A DNA stretch of 64,000 nt. Origin: an uncultured Verrucomicrobiae bacterium. Its GTDB lineage: Bacteria > Verrucomicrobiota > Verrucomicrobiia > Chthoniobacterales > Terrimicrobiaceae. Below are positions 31,363 through 40,401 of the stretch, piece by piece (position 1 is the stretch's first letter; every line of letters begins with the position of its first letter). The DNA is taken from assembly GCA_963706955.1 (NCBI GenBank), contig CAVPOC010000006.1:1-64000 (forward strand). Direction: 5' to 3'. A program made the translations under genes and the position numbers. The notes beneath the pieces were generated by a model, which did no database searches, was not told the DNA's origin, and saw only the letters and a list, made by a program, of their open reading frames with translations.

Positions 31363-32913
31363 ATGAGCGATCGGGCTTTCGTCTATGCAGCAATCATCGT
31401 CGGCACTTTGGCCATCTCGCTTGACTTTGCCTCGGTGGACCTCGCGCTGCCTGCACTCGAAGCGCAGTACGGACTCGATCTGGCAAGCGTCCAGTGGGTC
31501 ATCAACGGTTACGTTCTCGCGTTCGCGGTTTTGATGGTTGCGGGTGGGCGGCTCGCAGACGGCTATGGGAGAAGGAATGTTTTCCTCGTCGGCATGGCCA
31601 TCTTTGCGCTCGCGTCGCTCTTCGGCGGCATGGCCTGGAGCGGCGGCTCGGTAATCGGCTTCCGGGTCTTACAAGGCGTGGGCGCGGCGTTGCTCTGGCC
31701 GGCAATGATCGGGATGGCCACCGCGGTCGTCGGTCAGTCGAACCAGGGATTCGCCCTTGGTCTGATTTTTGGAACCTGCTCGTTGGGCAATTCCGCCGGG
31801 CCGGTCGTGGGCGGCGCTTTGACGGAATGGTTCTCGTGGCGCTGGGTGCTTTGGATCAATGTGCCGATGGCAGTATTTTCCATGCTCATCACGGCCTGGA
31901 AGGTTCCTCGGGATGAATCAAAGGGCGAGCGCCCCCACAGTGACTACCCGGGAATGATCGTCCTCACCTCCGGGCTGGTTGCTCTGATGATCGTCGTCTA
32001 CCAGGCCGAGGCTTGGGGCTGGACTAATTTGAAGACGCTTGGATTGTCTGCGCTGGCGATCGTTCTTCTCGGGCTGTTTCCCGTCGTGGAAAAGCGCGCT
32101 CGCGAGCCCCTGATCCCAAGCGACATCATGCGGAACCGTGAGATTTTGGTCCTGTGTTTCTGCGCGGTAGCAATCTGTCAATTGTTCTTCATCGTTTTGC
32201 TCTACTTCACCCAGTATGCTATGAAGTTCCTCGGCGACGATCCGATGTGGGCCGGTGCTCGGGTGGTTCAGTTCATGTTGAGCTACGGGGTGGTCTCTTA
32301 CTTCGGTGGTGTGCTCTACGGATTTTTCGGCGCGCGGAGGTTGATCCTTGGCGGCCTCGTTTGTGCGGCCGTAGCGAGTGCGCTGCTTGGAATCTTCGGC
32401 CCCGGAGCGGGATGGCTGGCCTTTAATGGATCGCTCATGCTGCTCGGCATCGGCGTCGGCGCAGTTATTCCCACGGTCACGACACGGGCGATCGAGGCCG
32501 TCGGACTGGATCGCTCAAGCCTCGTGAGTGGGATCGTCTTCATGTGCCAGCTTTCGGGCGCCGCTCTGATGCTCGCGGTGAGCACGGCAGTATTCTCTGC
32601 GGTAAGTGCCCGCAATTTGCAGGGTTCTCTCGCTCGCGACGGAATTGTTCTCGCGCCCGATCAACGTCAGGCGGTCGAAGAAATCATTTCCGGCGCCCGA
32701 ACCGTCCATACGCTTCCGCTTCGGACGGCGGCGGAAGTGGGCGATCTGGCTGAAATCGTTGAGCGGGCTTACCACTCCGGTCTGAGCGTGGTCCTTTGGC
32801 TCAGCGCCGCGCTTGTTTTGATTTCCATTGTCCTCGTCTTGCGCTTGGTGAGGCCAAGCGCTGCGCCTCAGGCGCAGGTGGCGGTGCGTGCCTCCGAATT
32901 GCCTCATCGGTGA
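31363..32913 (+). CDS. MFS transporter, DHA2 (14-TM) type
   Basis: ALP, QWVINGY.L, GGRLADGYGRR, GPVVGG.L and WRWVLWINVP. Confidence 0.9.
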   Translation: MSDRAFVYAAIIVGTLAISLDFASVDLALPALEAQYGLDLASVQWVINGYVLAFAVLMVAGGRLADGYGRRNVFLVGMAIFALASLFGGMAWSGGSVIGFRVLQGVGAALLWPAMIGMATAVVGQSNQGFALGLIFGTCSLGNSAGPVVGGALTEWFSWRWVLWINVPMAVFSMLITAWKVPRDESKGERPHSDYPGMIVLTSGLVALMIVVYQAEAWGWTNLKTLGLSALAIVLLGLFPVVEKRAREPLIPSDIMRNREILVLCFCAVAICQLFFIVLLYFTQYAMKFLGDDPMWAGARVVQFMLSYGVVSYFGGVLYGFFGARRLILGGLVCAAVASALLGIFGPGAGWLAFNGSLMLLGIGVGAVIPTVTTRAIEAVGLDRSSLVSGIVFMCQLSGAALMLAVSTAVFSAVSARNLQGSLARDGIVLAPDQRQAVEEIISGARTVHTLPLRTAAEVGDLAEIVERAYHSGLSVVLWLSAALVLISIVLVLRLVRPSAAPQAQVAVRASELPHR

Positions 32914-33427
32914 GCACACCGATGAAAGGCAAATTGCGATACCGTTGGTTGTAGTCCAGGCCATAGCCGATCACGAATTCGTTGGGAATGTCGAAGCCGA
33001 CGTAGTCGGCTTCGACGCGCCGCTCGCGGGTGACACTCTTTCGCAGGAGAACGCAGACCGCGAGGCTCAACGCACCGCCCTCCGCAGCCAGTCGCTCCCG
33101 AACGGTGTGCAGTGTCATCCCGCTGTCGAGGATGTCGTCCAAAATCAAAACATGGCGACCACGAATGTCGGCAAACTGAGTCTGGCGAATGTTTAGTCGA
33201 CCGATGCTCTTGGTGCCGTGATAACTTGAGACGCTCAAGCAATCCACTTGCAGCTGGAGCGGGATTCGCCGCAGCAGGTCCGCCATGAAGATAAAGCTGC
33301 CATTTAAGACAGCGAACACGGTGAGGTCCTTGCCTTCGTAGTCTTCCGTGATTTCGCGAGCGAGTTCATCAAGCCGGCTCAGAATAGCCGACTCATGGTA
33401 AAGAATCTTCTTGATGTCTTGTAACAT
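32801..33427 (-). CDS. hpt: Hypoxanthine phosphoribosyltransferase
   Basis: VLNGSFIFMADL, VSSY, VLILDDILDSGMTL and FVIGYGLDY..YRNLP. Confidence 0.93.
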   Translation of the reverse strand: MLQDIKKILYHESAILSRLDELAREITEDYEGKDLTVFAVLNGSFIFMADLLRRIPLQLQVDCLSVSSYHGTKSIGRLNIRQTQFADIRGRHVLILDDILDSGMTLHTVRERLAAEGGALSLAVCVLLRKSVTRERRVEADYVGFDIPNEFVIGYGLDYNQRYRNLPFIGVLTDEAIRRHAPPPAPEAQRLASPSARRGQWKSKQARR

Positions 33428-33443
33428 CGGAGGCGCTGGCACT

Positions 33444-34031
33444 TCAGCGATAGGAGCCGATCGCGGTCAGCTTTCCTTTTCGTAGCGCGAAGAGCTCCTT
33501 GCTGACCGGATACGAAGACGAGTCGTACTCAGCGATAACGATTTCCGAGAAGCGCTGAAAGGCCGGGGTCCCCCGAGGAAAAACAAAGATTCGGAAACGG
33601 TTGGGAATTGCGACCAGAATATCTGGACCCAGAGTCTCGTGAAAAAGTGTCCCGAACTCAGGCGCAAGCACTGCCGATGCCGTCAAGGGACTTGTCGACT
33701 CGAGCACTGCGCATTGGATGACTTTGTTTTCATCGCGTATGAAGCGGGGAGTCAGCGTGGCGAGCACCTCGGAAGCAGCTTTCGTCGCCGACGCCAGAAT
33801 TGTGTCTCGAGTCGCGCCGAAGGTGAGGATGTCGTCGCTCTTCAACGGAAGCATTTCGCCGCTTACGTAGCGGGCCGGCACCAGAACCGTCCTCTCGGCG
33901 CCCTCGATCGGCCAACTCGCTTCGTAGTGCATAAAAGTCGGCTCGATGAGAAGATGCCATGTCTCGGCGGCTGCGGAATGCGCCGCTGCTGTGACGATGA
34001 GAAAGCTGAGAGCGCATTTGAGTTTTCGCAT
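33444..34031 (-). CDS. Hypothetical secreted protein
   Basis: Signal-peptide-like N-terminus (MRKLKCALSFLIVTAAAHSAAA); divergent from ruvA. Confidence 0.7.
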   Translation of the reverse strand: MRKLKCALSFLIVTAAAHSAAAETWHLLIEPTFMHYEASWPIEGAERTVLVPARYVSGEMLPLKSDDILTFGATRDTILASATKAASEVLATLTPRFIRDENKVIQCAVLESTSPLTASAVLAPEFGTLFHETLGPDILVAIPNRFRIFVFPRGTPAFQRFSEIVIAEYDSSSYPVSKELFALRKGKLTAIGSYR

Positions 34032-34055
34032 TGGTCTGCTAGAGAGGGCGAGACT

Positions 34056-34661
34056 ATGATTTCTTTTCTTGAAGGCGTGCTGGAGGAAGCGCTTCCCACG
34101 CAGATCATCGTTAATGTGCACGGCGTCGGCTATCACGTGATGATCCCTCTTTCAAGTTTTGAGCGGCTTTCCGAGCCGGGTTCTCCTGTAAAAATCCTTA
34201 CCCACCTGGTGGTTCGTGAAGATTCCCACACTCTCTATGGCTTTGGCACTTTGGCAGAGCGTGACCTGTTCCGGCTCTTGTTGAATCATGTCTCTGGCGT
34301 GGGGCCGAAGCTGGGTCTGGCGATACTCAGCGGCATGGCGGTTGAAGTGTTTAAGGCCGCTGTCGTTTCCAACGATATTGCAGCGATCTCGCGCATCAAA
34401 GGCGTGGGCAAAAAGACGGCTGAAAGAGTCGTTCTTGAGCTGAAGGACAAAGTTGGGGTCGCCGCAGAGTGGGAAGCGGCGAGTGCGGCCACCGCCCCGA
34501 GTGAGCGCGATCAAGCTATGCACGACGCGGTGCTGGCCTTGATCTCTCTCGGTTACAAGCAAGTGGAAGCCCACAAGGCAATCAAGCAGTGCCTGGCCGA
34601 GGCCTCCGGGCCGCTCGGAGCCGACGAGTTGGTCAGAACGGCTTTAAAGATTTTGGCATGA
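34056..34661 (+). CDS. ruvA: Holliday junction branch migration protein RuvA
   Basis: MISFLEG, VHGVGY, VREDS.TLYGF, VSGVGPKLG, GVGKKTAER and ALISLGY. Confidence 0.97.
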   Translation: MISFLEGVLEEALPTQIIVNVHGVGYHVMIPLSSFERLSEPGSPVKILTHLVVREDSHTLYGFGTLAERDLFRLLLNHVSGVGPKLGLAILSGMAVEVFKAAVVSNDIAAISRIKGVGKKTAERVVLELKDKVGVAAEWEAASAATAPSERDQAMHDAVLALISLGYKQVEAHKAIKQCLAEASGPLGADELVRTALKILA

Positions 34662-35974
34662 ATGTGGAGAAGGCGCAGCGTGCGGAAGCCATTCACTCCG
34701 CCTTGCCGGAAGGTGGCCTCTTCCACGAAAAGTCTTGGCGGGTCTCTCCGGACGCCTTTGTAATCGGCCGGAAGTTTGCTGAAGAGCTTGGAAAGCTTGG
34801 GTATCGTCTCCTGCGATTTGTCCGCGCCTGTAATCAACTCTATCGCTTCAGTGTCAGCGGACGTCAGCCTACCTGGATTGCAGAGCTCCTAGACCGCGGC
34901 AAACCTCGCGAACTGGTAGCCATGCAGCGAGAAAGGTCTCTCGCACTCGCAATCCCCAAGGTAATTCGTCCTGATCTCATCCTCACTGACTCAGGATATG
35001 TAATCGCCGAGCTCGACAACGTTCCCGGCGGCATCGGTCTGACCGCGTGGCTGGATCAGGTCTATTCGGACAATGGTGCGAGAATACTCGGCGGTACCGA
35101 AGGCATGCTCGATGGATTTGCTTCGATCCTTCCCGGCGGCGATATCGTCGTTTCCGAAGAAGCGGCGACCTACCGTCCCGAAATGGAGTGGCTGGCGGCT
35201 CGACTCAACGAATCGCGTTCAACCCTTGGCCACTGGCGCGTGGTGGACACTTTGCCGCGCGAAGACTGGCAATCAGAAGTCTATCGTTTTTTTGAGCTCT
35301 ATGACCTCGCCAATGTTCGTTGCGCCCGACAGCTGTGGGAGAAGGAACTCGCCGGTGAGCTGTCAGTGACACCTCCCATGAAGGCTGCGTTGGAGGAGAA
35401 GATGTGGTTTGCTCTTTTCTGGCTGAAGCCCCTGGAGTCGTTTTGGAGACGAGAACTCGGTGAACGCGCAATGCTGGCTCTGCGCAAGGTTATTCCGTAC
35501 ACCTGGTTGGTGGACCCTGAACCGCTACCCAGGCATGCGGTGCTTCCTCGCTTGGAGACGCATACCTGGGCCGAGGTGGCCCACTTCAGCCAGAAACAGA
35601 GGACTCTTATTCTTAAGATTAGCGGCTTTTCGGAGCACGCCTGGGGCTCCCGTGGTGTCGTGGTGGCACAAGATATGTCGCAAACGGCGTGGAAAGCTAA
35701 ACTCGAAAGCGCGTTGGCTGAGTTCAGCACCCACCCACATATATTGCAGCAATTTCACCAGGGGCGGTTGATCGGCCATGACTACCTTGATCCCGCGGCT
35801 GGCGAGCTTCGCCGAATGCGAGGGCGCGTTCGGCTGTGCCCCTACTACTTTGTCGGAGAAAAGACCGCGGTTTGCGGTGGGGCTTTGGCCACGATTTGCC
35901 CGGACGATAAGAAGCTCTTGCACGGGATGACCGACGCCATCCTCGTTCCCGCGGCGGTTGACATTTCAACTTAA
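34658..35974 (+). CDS. Hypothetical protein, probably circularly permuted ATP-grasp / glutathionylspermidine-synthase-like fold
   Basis: VIRPDLIL...AELDNVPGG, LEEK, LILK.SG....WGSRGV, ILQQF and VRLCPY; ATGA coupling with ruvA. Confidence 0.6.
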   Translation: MNVEKAQRAEAIHSALPEGGLFHEKSWRVSPDAFVIGRKFAEELGKLGYRLLRFVRACNQLYRFSVSGRQPTWIAELLDRGKPRELVAMQRERSLALAIPKVIRPDLILTDSGYVIAELDNVPGGIGLTAWLDQVYSDNGARILGGTEGMLDGFASILPGGDIVVSEEAATYRPEMEWLAARLNESRSTLGHWRVVDTLPREDWQSEVYRFFELYDLANVRCARQLWEKELAGELSVTPPMKAALEEKMWFALFWLKPLESFWRRELGERAMLALRKVIPYTWLVDPEPLPRHAVLPRLETHTWAEVAHFSQKQRTLILKISGFSEHAWGSRGVVVAQDMSQTAWKAKLESALAEFSTHPHILQQFHQGRLIGHDYLDPAAGELRRMRGRVRLCPYYFVGEKTAVCGGALATICPDDKKLLHGMTDAILVPAAVDIST

Positions 35975-36064
35975 ACCGGGTTGATTGCTTTTTGTTGTTG
36001 ACAAACTGTCACCTCTATCTTCTTGTCACCGTTCCCTGCGACTCAGTCGCCGGGCGCGGGTGCT

Positions 36065-36283
36065 ATGAACAGCCAATTTCTTGACGAAGCTTCCAAAGTG
36101 ATTCACGAGCCTCAAGTTTTAATCAACATGGTGTCGAAGCGGGTCCGCCAATTGAGCGCGGGCAGCCGCGCAATGGTTCCCGTGGAAGGTCGCATGGGTC
36201 TCGCAGATATCGCCTTGGCCGAGATCGCTCAAGGCAAACTAGTCCTCGCCGAAACGTCCAACGGCCAGGAGCCCGAAGAGTAA
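36065..36283 (+). CDS. rpoZ: RNA polymerase omega subunit
   Basis: LINMVSKRVRQL...IALAEIAQGK. Confidence 0.85.
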   Translation: MNSQFLDEASKVIHEPQVLINMVSKRVRQLSAGSRAMVPVEGRMGLADIALAEIAQGKLVLAETSNGQEPEE

Positions 36284-36303
36284 TCCCAACGGGCGGGCGT
36301 CCG

Positions 36304-36762
36304 ATGTCCGCGGAAATCGTAACCAATCGCAAGGCGCTCCGAGATTATCATATCTTGGAAACGTTCGAGGCGGGTATCGAACTCAAGGGCACGGAGGTTA
36401 AGTCGATTCGGTCTGGACTCGTAAACTTGCAAGGTTCCTTCGCGCGCCTTGAAGGTGGAGAGGTCTTTCTCTTTGATAGCGACATCCAGCCATACTTGCG
36501 CGCGAGCCACGAACAACATGAGCCAAGACGCCGTCGAAGGCTGCTCTTGCACCGAGTGGAGATCGACAAGTTAGCCAGCGCAACGGAACAGGCTGGTTGC
36601 ACGCTCGTTCCCTTGAAAATGTATTGGAAGCAAGGGCGTGTTAAAGTTGCCCTCGGCATTGGCAAGGGCAAAGTGGCTGCAGATAAGCGAGCCGATCTCA
36701 AAAAACGCGTGCAAGAAAGGGAGGTTCAACGTGTGCTCGCTGGACTTCAGCGCAAACGCTAG
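36304..36762 (+). CDS. smpB: SsrA-binding protein
   Basis: NRKALRDY, EAGIELKGTEVKSIR, R.LLLHR.EI and GKGK..DKR. Confidence 0.97.
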   Translation: MSAEIVTNRKALRDYHILETFEAGIELKGTEVKSIRSGLVNLQGSFARLEGGEVFLFDSDIQPYLRASHEQHEPRRRRRLLLHRVEIDKLASATEQAGCTLVPLKMYWKQGRVKVALGIGKGKVAADKRADLKKRVQEREVQRVLAGLQRKR

Positions 36763-36776
36763 CGTAAGCGCACGGT

Positions 36777-36948
36777 TAACCACCGAGAACACGGAGGGAC
36801 AGAGTCTGGAAAGACAAGAGACCTCCTGAGACGATCGTCTCAAGGTCAGGGACGCGATCGTTCGAAAATCTGGCTGAATGACAGCGGAGCTTTGGACCAA
36901 GGTCATTTTATAGCATTTCCTCTGAGTTCTCTGTGTCCTCTGTGGTTA
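36777..36948. repeat. MITE-like element bounded by imperfect inverted repeats, with an internal palindrome
   Basis: Left arm TAACCACCGAGAACACGGAG and the reverse complement of the right arm TAACCACAGAGGACACAGAG match at 17/20 positions. Internal perfect palindrome TGAGACGATCGTCTCA at 36827-36842. Confidence 0.6.
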
Positions 36949-37056
36949 TTCCGAACGAAACTCACAGTTCGAAGCTCGCGTGGCTCTCTTTGACTGGGGA
37001 CGGCAAAAAAGAGATTGTTTTTGAGGGTCCGGCAGCCATATTTGCCCACCCTCAAA

Positions 37057-37130
37057 GGAGCCTTAGCTCAATTGGTTAGAGCGCTGCCCTGTCACGGCAG
37101 AGGTTGCGGGTTCGAGCCCCGTAGGCTCCG
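37057..37130 (+). tRNA. tRNA-Asp (anticodon GTC)
   Basis: GGAGCCT acceptor stem, anticodon arm CTGCC-CTGTCAC-GGCAG and T-loop GGTTCGAGCC; CCA not encoded. Confidence 0.96.
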
Positions 37131-37206
37131 CTTCATTATGTCAGCGTCGGCTCTCATTGGGACAGTGGTCCTGCGCTGCTGTGCACAGCTGGGAGTTTCT
37201 TAGTTA

Positions 37207-37797
37207 TTAAGGCAGCGGCCACCCTCCGTAGCCGGCGCTGGGATCGAGCGGCGCAGGTGCGCGCTGATGAGTTCGCTGCGCGTATGTCTCATAGCTGACC
37301 AGCAGGACGCTCGCCTGCACAAGCGCTTTCTCGACGGGAGGTGGCTTCGGTTCGGCGAAAATGAGCCACTCGCAGGCGCGCATTGGCTCGGTCTCCACAC
37401 GTCGAAAGCTCCACCAGCTTTCGGCATCTCGCGGTATGCCGTAGATCGCACCAAAACCGGAGAAGTGGAACGCGGATTCTGCATCCTCGGCGGCCGGGCG
37501 CCCCGAATGGACGTTGAGTCGATGTTTATTTCTCATTTCCGCAAAGAGCCTGAACGAACCGCCACTCTTTTCCGTGCTCAGGCCCAACCAAAATGATTCT
37601 TGATCGGCGACGGGCACACAAAAGGTTCCCTCCTGGTCGCAGGCGACCGGCAGCATCCCAAGGCTGCGTATCGGGGTGCGGTGAATGCCTTCGGCCGGGA
37701 GGCGACAACGCTGGAAACTGACGCGCATCATCCCGAATAGACGCAGCGCGCCTTCCTCCAGGCGAGCCGCGCCTGGTTCCGGTGCGTCTCCGCTCAC
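37207..37797 (-). CDS. Hypothetical protein coupled to the caspase-like gene
   Basis: 196 aa; GTG start overlaps the caspase stop (GTGA). Motifs RVSFQR..LP, LG.LP, F.VP....ESFWL and C-terminal AP.PLD...GY.GW.LP. Confidence 0.7.
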   Translation of the reverse strand: MSGDAPEPGAARLEEGALRLFGMMRVSFQRCRLPAEGIHRTPIRSLGMLPVACDQEGTFCVPVADQESFWLGLSTEKSGGSFRLFAEMRNKHRLNVHSGRPAAEDAESAFHFSGFGAIYGIPRDAESWWSFRRVETEPMRACEWLIFAEPKPPPVEKALVQASVLLVSYETYAQRTHQRAPAPLDPSAGYGGWPLP

Positions 37798-40367
37798 TCG
37801 TCAAACGAGCCCGCTTCACTCAAAAGCGATGCCAGGGCGTGCGGAGGGACTCGCAGTTGTTTCGCGAAAGTGGAAATCATTGTTCGCTGATCTCCGTCCG
37901 CGGTCGCGCTGTCAGGAGCTGCCGTGGACGCCGCGCCACCGAAAGATGCGGTGGACACGTCGAAGGGCTCGCTCGGATCGTCCGCTTTGGTGATTTGCTT
38001 GGAGGCGGTTTCCAGCCAGCTCTTTAGTTGTTTGCTGCGAGCCTGTTTCGATTTTTCATCGTAGCCCCAAACGAAATAGCCGCTTACTGGAACGACCGCG
38101 CGGACGCGCTCCCACAGCTCGATGGGCAGCAACTCGGGCTGCGTCTGGCTTGCTTCGACGATGAGCTCCCAGCTGCGGGCAAAGAGTGGCGGCTGTCGAA
38201 AAGGCTTCCTCGCCCGTAAGCTTGCCGCAGGGCAGTGCAGGGAGAGCGCCTCCACATCGGGATGGTCATCACCCACCAGCGCGCGGAGATTTGTGACCAC
38301 GCCGTCCAACAGATTGAGCTTGGACGATGGGTTGGGTCGGCGTCGTTCCTCCTGCAACAAAAGATGTCCACCTAAAATACCGGCGATCGGATTCTGAAAA
38401 TTGCGCACGAGAATCTCTTCGAGCTCCCGATTTAGAACTCGCCGCTCGTTGACCATGGCGATGCGTGCCGACTCGAGCGTTTGCTCCAATGCAACGTCGC
38501 GCTGGCTGTCGCCTACTCGTCTCATCAGTACCGTCATGCGGTTGAAACGGACATCGGCGCCAGTCTTACCGGCGGCGAGGGCCAGCAAGAATAGCTCCAC
38601 TGTCCAACCTTCCGGAACCGTAAGTGCGCCCGCTAGCATTCTATCTCGTTCGTGAGGGTAGCGCACGAAGTAGGTTCCTGCTGCGACGGGAACCTGGTCC
38701 TCTACGTAGGGGTCGCCATCGGTGGACTGTTCGGGCAAATCCTTAAGCGCACGAACGACCTGACCAGCTGAATCAAGCAACTCGGTCCCTTGCCAGGGGC
38801 GAGCTTGATAGGGAGGAGCTTGCTGACCGCTCCAGACGCGCGCCATCAGGCGAATCTCGGCCGCGAGTGGCGGATCGCCGGACGCAGAAGCGGTTGGGAC
38901 CGGTGACCCGCTTTGCCATGTCTTGAGCACGCCCCGGTGGGCTTTACTCGTCAAGCCGGTGCCAGGCAGCGGAGCGGCGGAATTGACTGCCGCCGACGCC
39001 ATCGAGAGATCAGCCAGAGGATCGGCGAGCGCCGGAAGAGCCTCGAAACCCTCCTGGAGCGTGGAGAAATCCAGATCCTGATCTAGCAAGATGATGGATT
39101 CGGTCACCGTGTGCCCCACACGGATTTTGAGTTTATACACGCCGAAGGGAAATCCCGCCGTCAAGACTCCCCGCGATTGCGCCTGTTTTCTCAGTGTTTG
39201 GTCGATCAGAAATATCTCTGCCGTGGGCTGACGTGGATTCACCATCAAGACGAAGTTGTCGTCAGGGCCGCCGGGTGCGACCGGCGCGCCTTTGCCGCTG
39301 ACCTGGACCAGATGGCTCTGCGGGCCGGTGACCTCAAAACCGTGTCGCAGGTGAAGCTCAGGTATCGCGACCACATATAACCCGTTCTCGAGCATCCGGT
39401 TCACCTCCGACTGAACGGGGAAGTTGTGCGAGGTTGCTGGCAGACCGCCCCACAACGTTGCTTGCTTTCCGACTGCATCCACGGGAAATGTCAAAGTTAC
39501 GGAGGTGCTCTGCTTCTGCCGTCCGGTCGCAAAGACTAGCGTTCGGTCGGCTTTCACCACCTCCGGCTCTTTGGCGATCGTCGGGTTTTTCAGGTCGTCC
39601 TCTGTCAGGTAAGCCGACATCCCATTGAGGAGGTAGTCAGCTAGGCTTCGCCCCGTGATCTGACCTTCGGAATCGACCGCTCCTCCCTTTAAGCCCTCCA
39701 GAAGCGCCCAGGTAAAGACCCCGTGAATCTCGTCGTCTTTTGCTTTAATCGGCCGCTCGACCGTCTTGAACTGCCGTGGAGCGGCGAATGCAATGAACGT
39801 GCCTCCCATTCGGCCGAACCGTGCCGTCTTCTTCATGATATTCTCCGGGTCGATGCCGAACTCACGGTCCATGCAACAATCCATCCAAAGAACGTATTCT
39901 TTGAAGTAGAAGTTGTCTTGAAACCACTCCAGCCAACCCGAGGCATAGGAATGCCAGCCGTTATCTGGAGTCGCATTCGCAACATAGAGAGCTCCACGAT
40001 AGCGGCTCGGCGAAAACCCGTGGCCGGACATATATATATAAAGCCGCCGTCCGAGCATCGGGTCATCCCGGGAGGCTCGCGGCTTCTCTTTACCGGCCTG
40101 CACGAGCGCGTCGAATGCGTCGCGCAATCGCTGCTGCTGTGGTTCGCCCTTCGTCGCTGTGGGCTCACCCCGAAAGTCGGAGGTGCAGATCAAATTGATG
40201 TGATCACGATCGTCCGGCAGGTCGCCACCATCCTTGGCTTTAAGCCAATTCGCGACCTCGAGCGCGTCCCGTTCGGAACCTTTTAAGTCCGCCGGGTCGT
40301 CCGGTGAAATCCCCAGGCCGGGATATTTTGTGATACCGACGACGATTGCGTAGTCGTCCGCGGCCAT
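37794..40367 (-). CDS. Caspase-like (peptidase C14) multidomain protein
   Basis: AIVVGITKYP..L.G..RDA, catalytic His in YMSGHG, Cys in WMDCC and GVFTWALLEGL; about 550 aa of uncharacterised C-terminal sequence; no signal peptide. Confidence 0.85.
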   Translation of the reverse strand: MAADDYAIVVGITKYPGLGISPDDPADLKGSERDALEVANWLKAKDGGDLPDDRDHINLICTSDFRGEPTATKGEPQQQRLRDAFDALVQAGKEKPRASRDDPMLGRRLYIYMSGHGFSPSRYRGALYVANATPDNGWHSYASGWLEWFQDNFYFKEYVLWMDCCMDREFGIDPENIMKKTARFGRMGGTFIAFAAPRQFKTVERPIKAKDDEIHGVFTWALLEGLKGGAVDSEGQITGRSLADYLLNGMSAYLTEDDLKNPTIAKEPEVVKADRTLVFATGRQKQSTSVTLTFPVDAVGKQATLWGGLPATSHNFPVQSEVNRMLENGLYVVAIPELHLRHGFEVTGPQSHLVQVSGKGAPVAPGGPDDNFVLMVNPRQPTAEIFLIDQTLRKQAQSRGVLTAGFPFGVYKLKIRVGHTVTESIILLDQDLDFSTLQEGFEALPALADPLADLSMASAAVNSAAPLPGTGLTSKAHRGVLKTWQSGSPVPTASASGDPPLAAEIRLMARVWSGQQAPPYQARPWQGTELLDSAGQVVRALKDLPEQSTDGDPYVEDQVPVAAGTYFVRYPHERDRMLAGALTVPEGWTVELFLLALAAGKTGADVRFNRMTVLMRRVGDSQRDVALEQTLESARIAMVNERRVLNRELEEILVRNFQNPIAGILGGHLLLQEERRRPNPSSKLNLLDGVVTNLRALVGDDHPDVEALSLHCPAASLRARKPFRQPPLFARSWELIVEASQTQPELLPIELWERVRAVVPVSGYFVWGYDEKSKQARSKQLKSWLETASKQITKADDPSEPFDVSTASFGGAASTAAPDSATADGDQRTMISTFAKQLRVPPHALASLLSEAGSFDE

Positions 40368-40401
40368 AGCAGCGTTACTCTCTCGCAGGAGAGCTTTTCG
40401 G

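Noticed and set aside
33639..34055. Long N-terminal extension of ruvA
   Set aside because: It overlaps the divergent gene; the RuvA consensus starts at MISFLEG (34056).
35955..36025. Sigma70 promoter upstream of rpoZ (two TTGACA hexamers)
   Set aside because: No good -10 element at 16-18 bp spacing from either hexamer.
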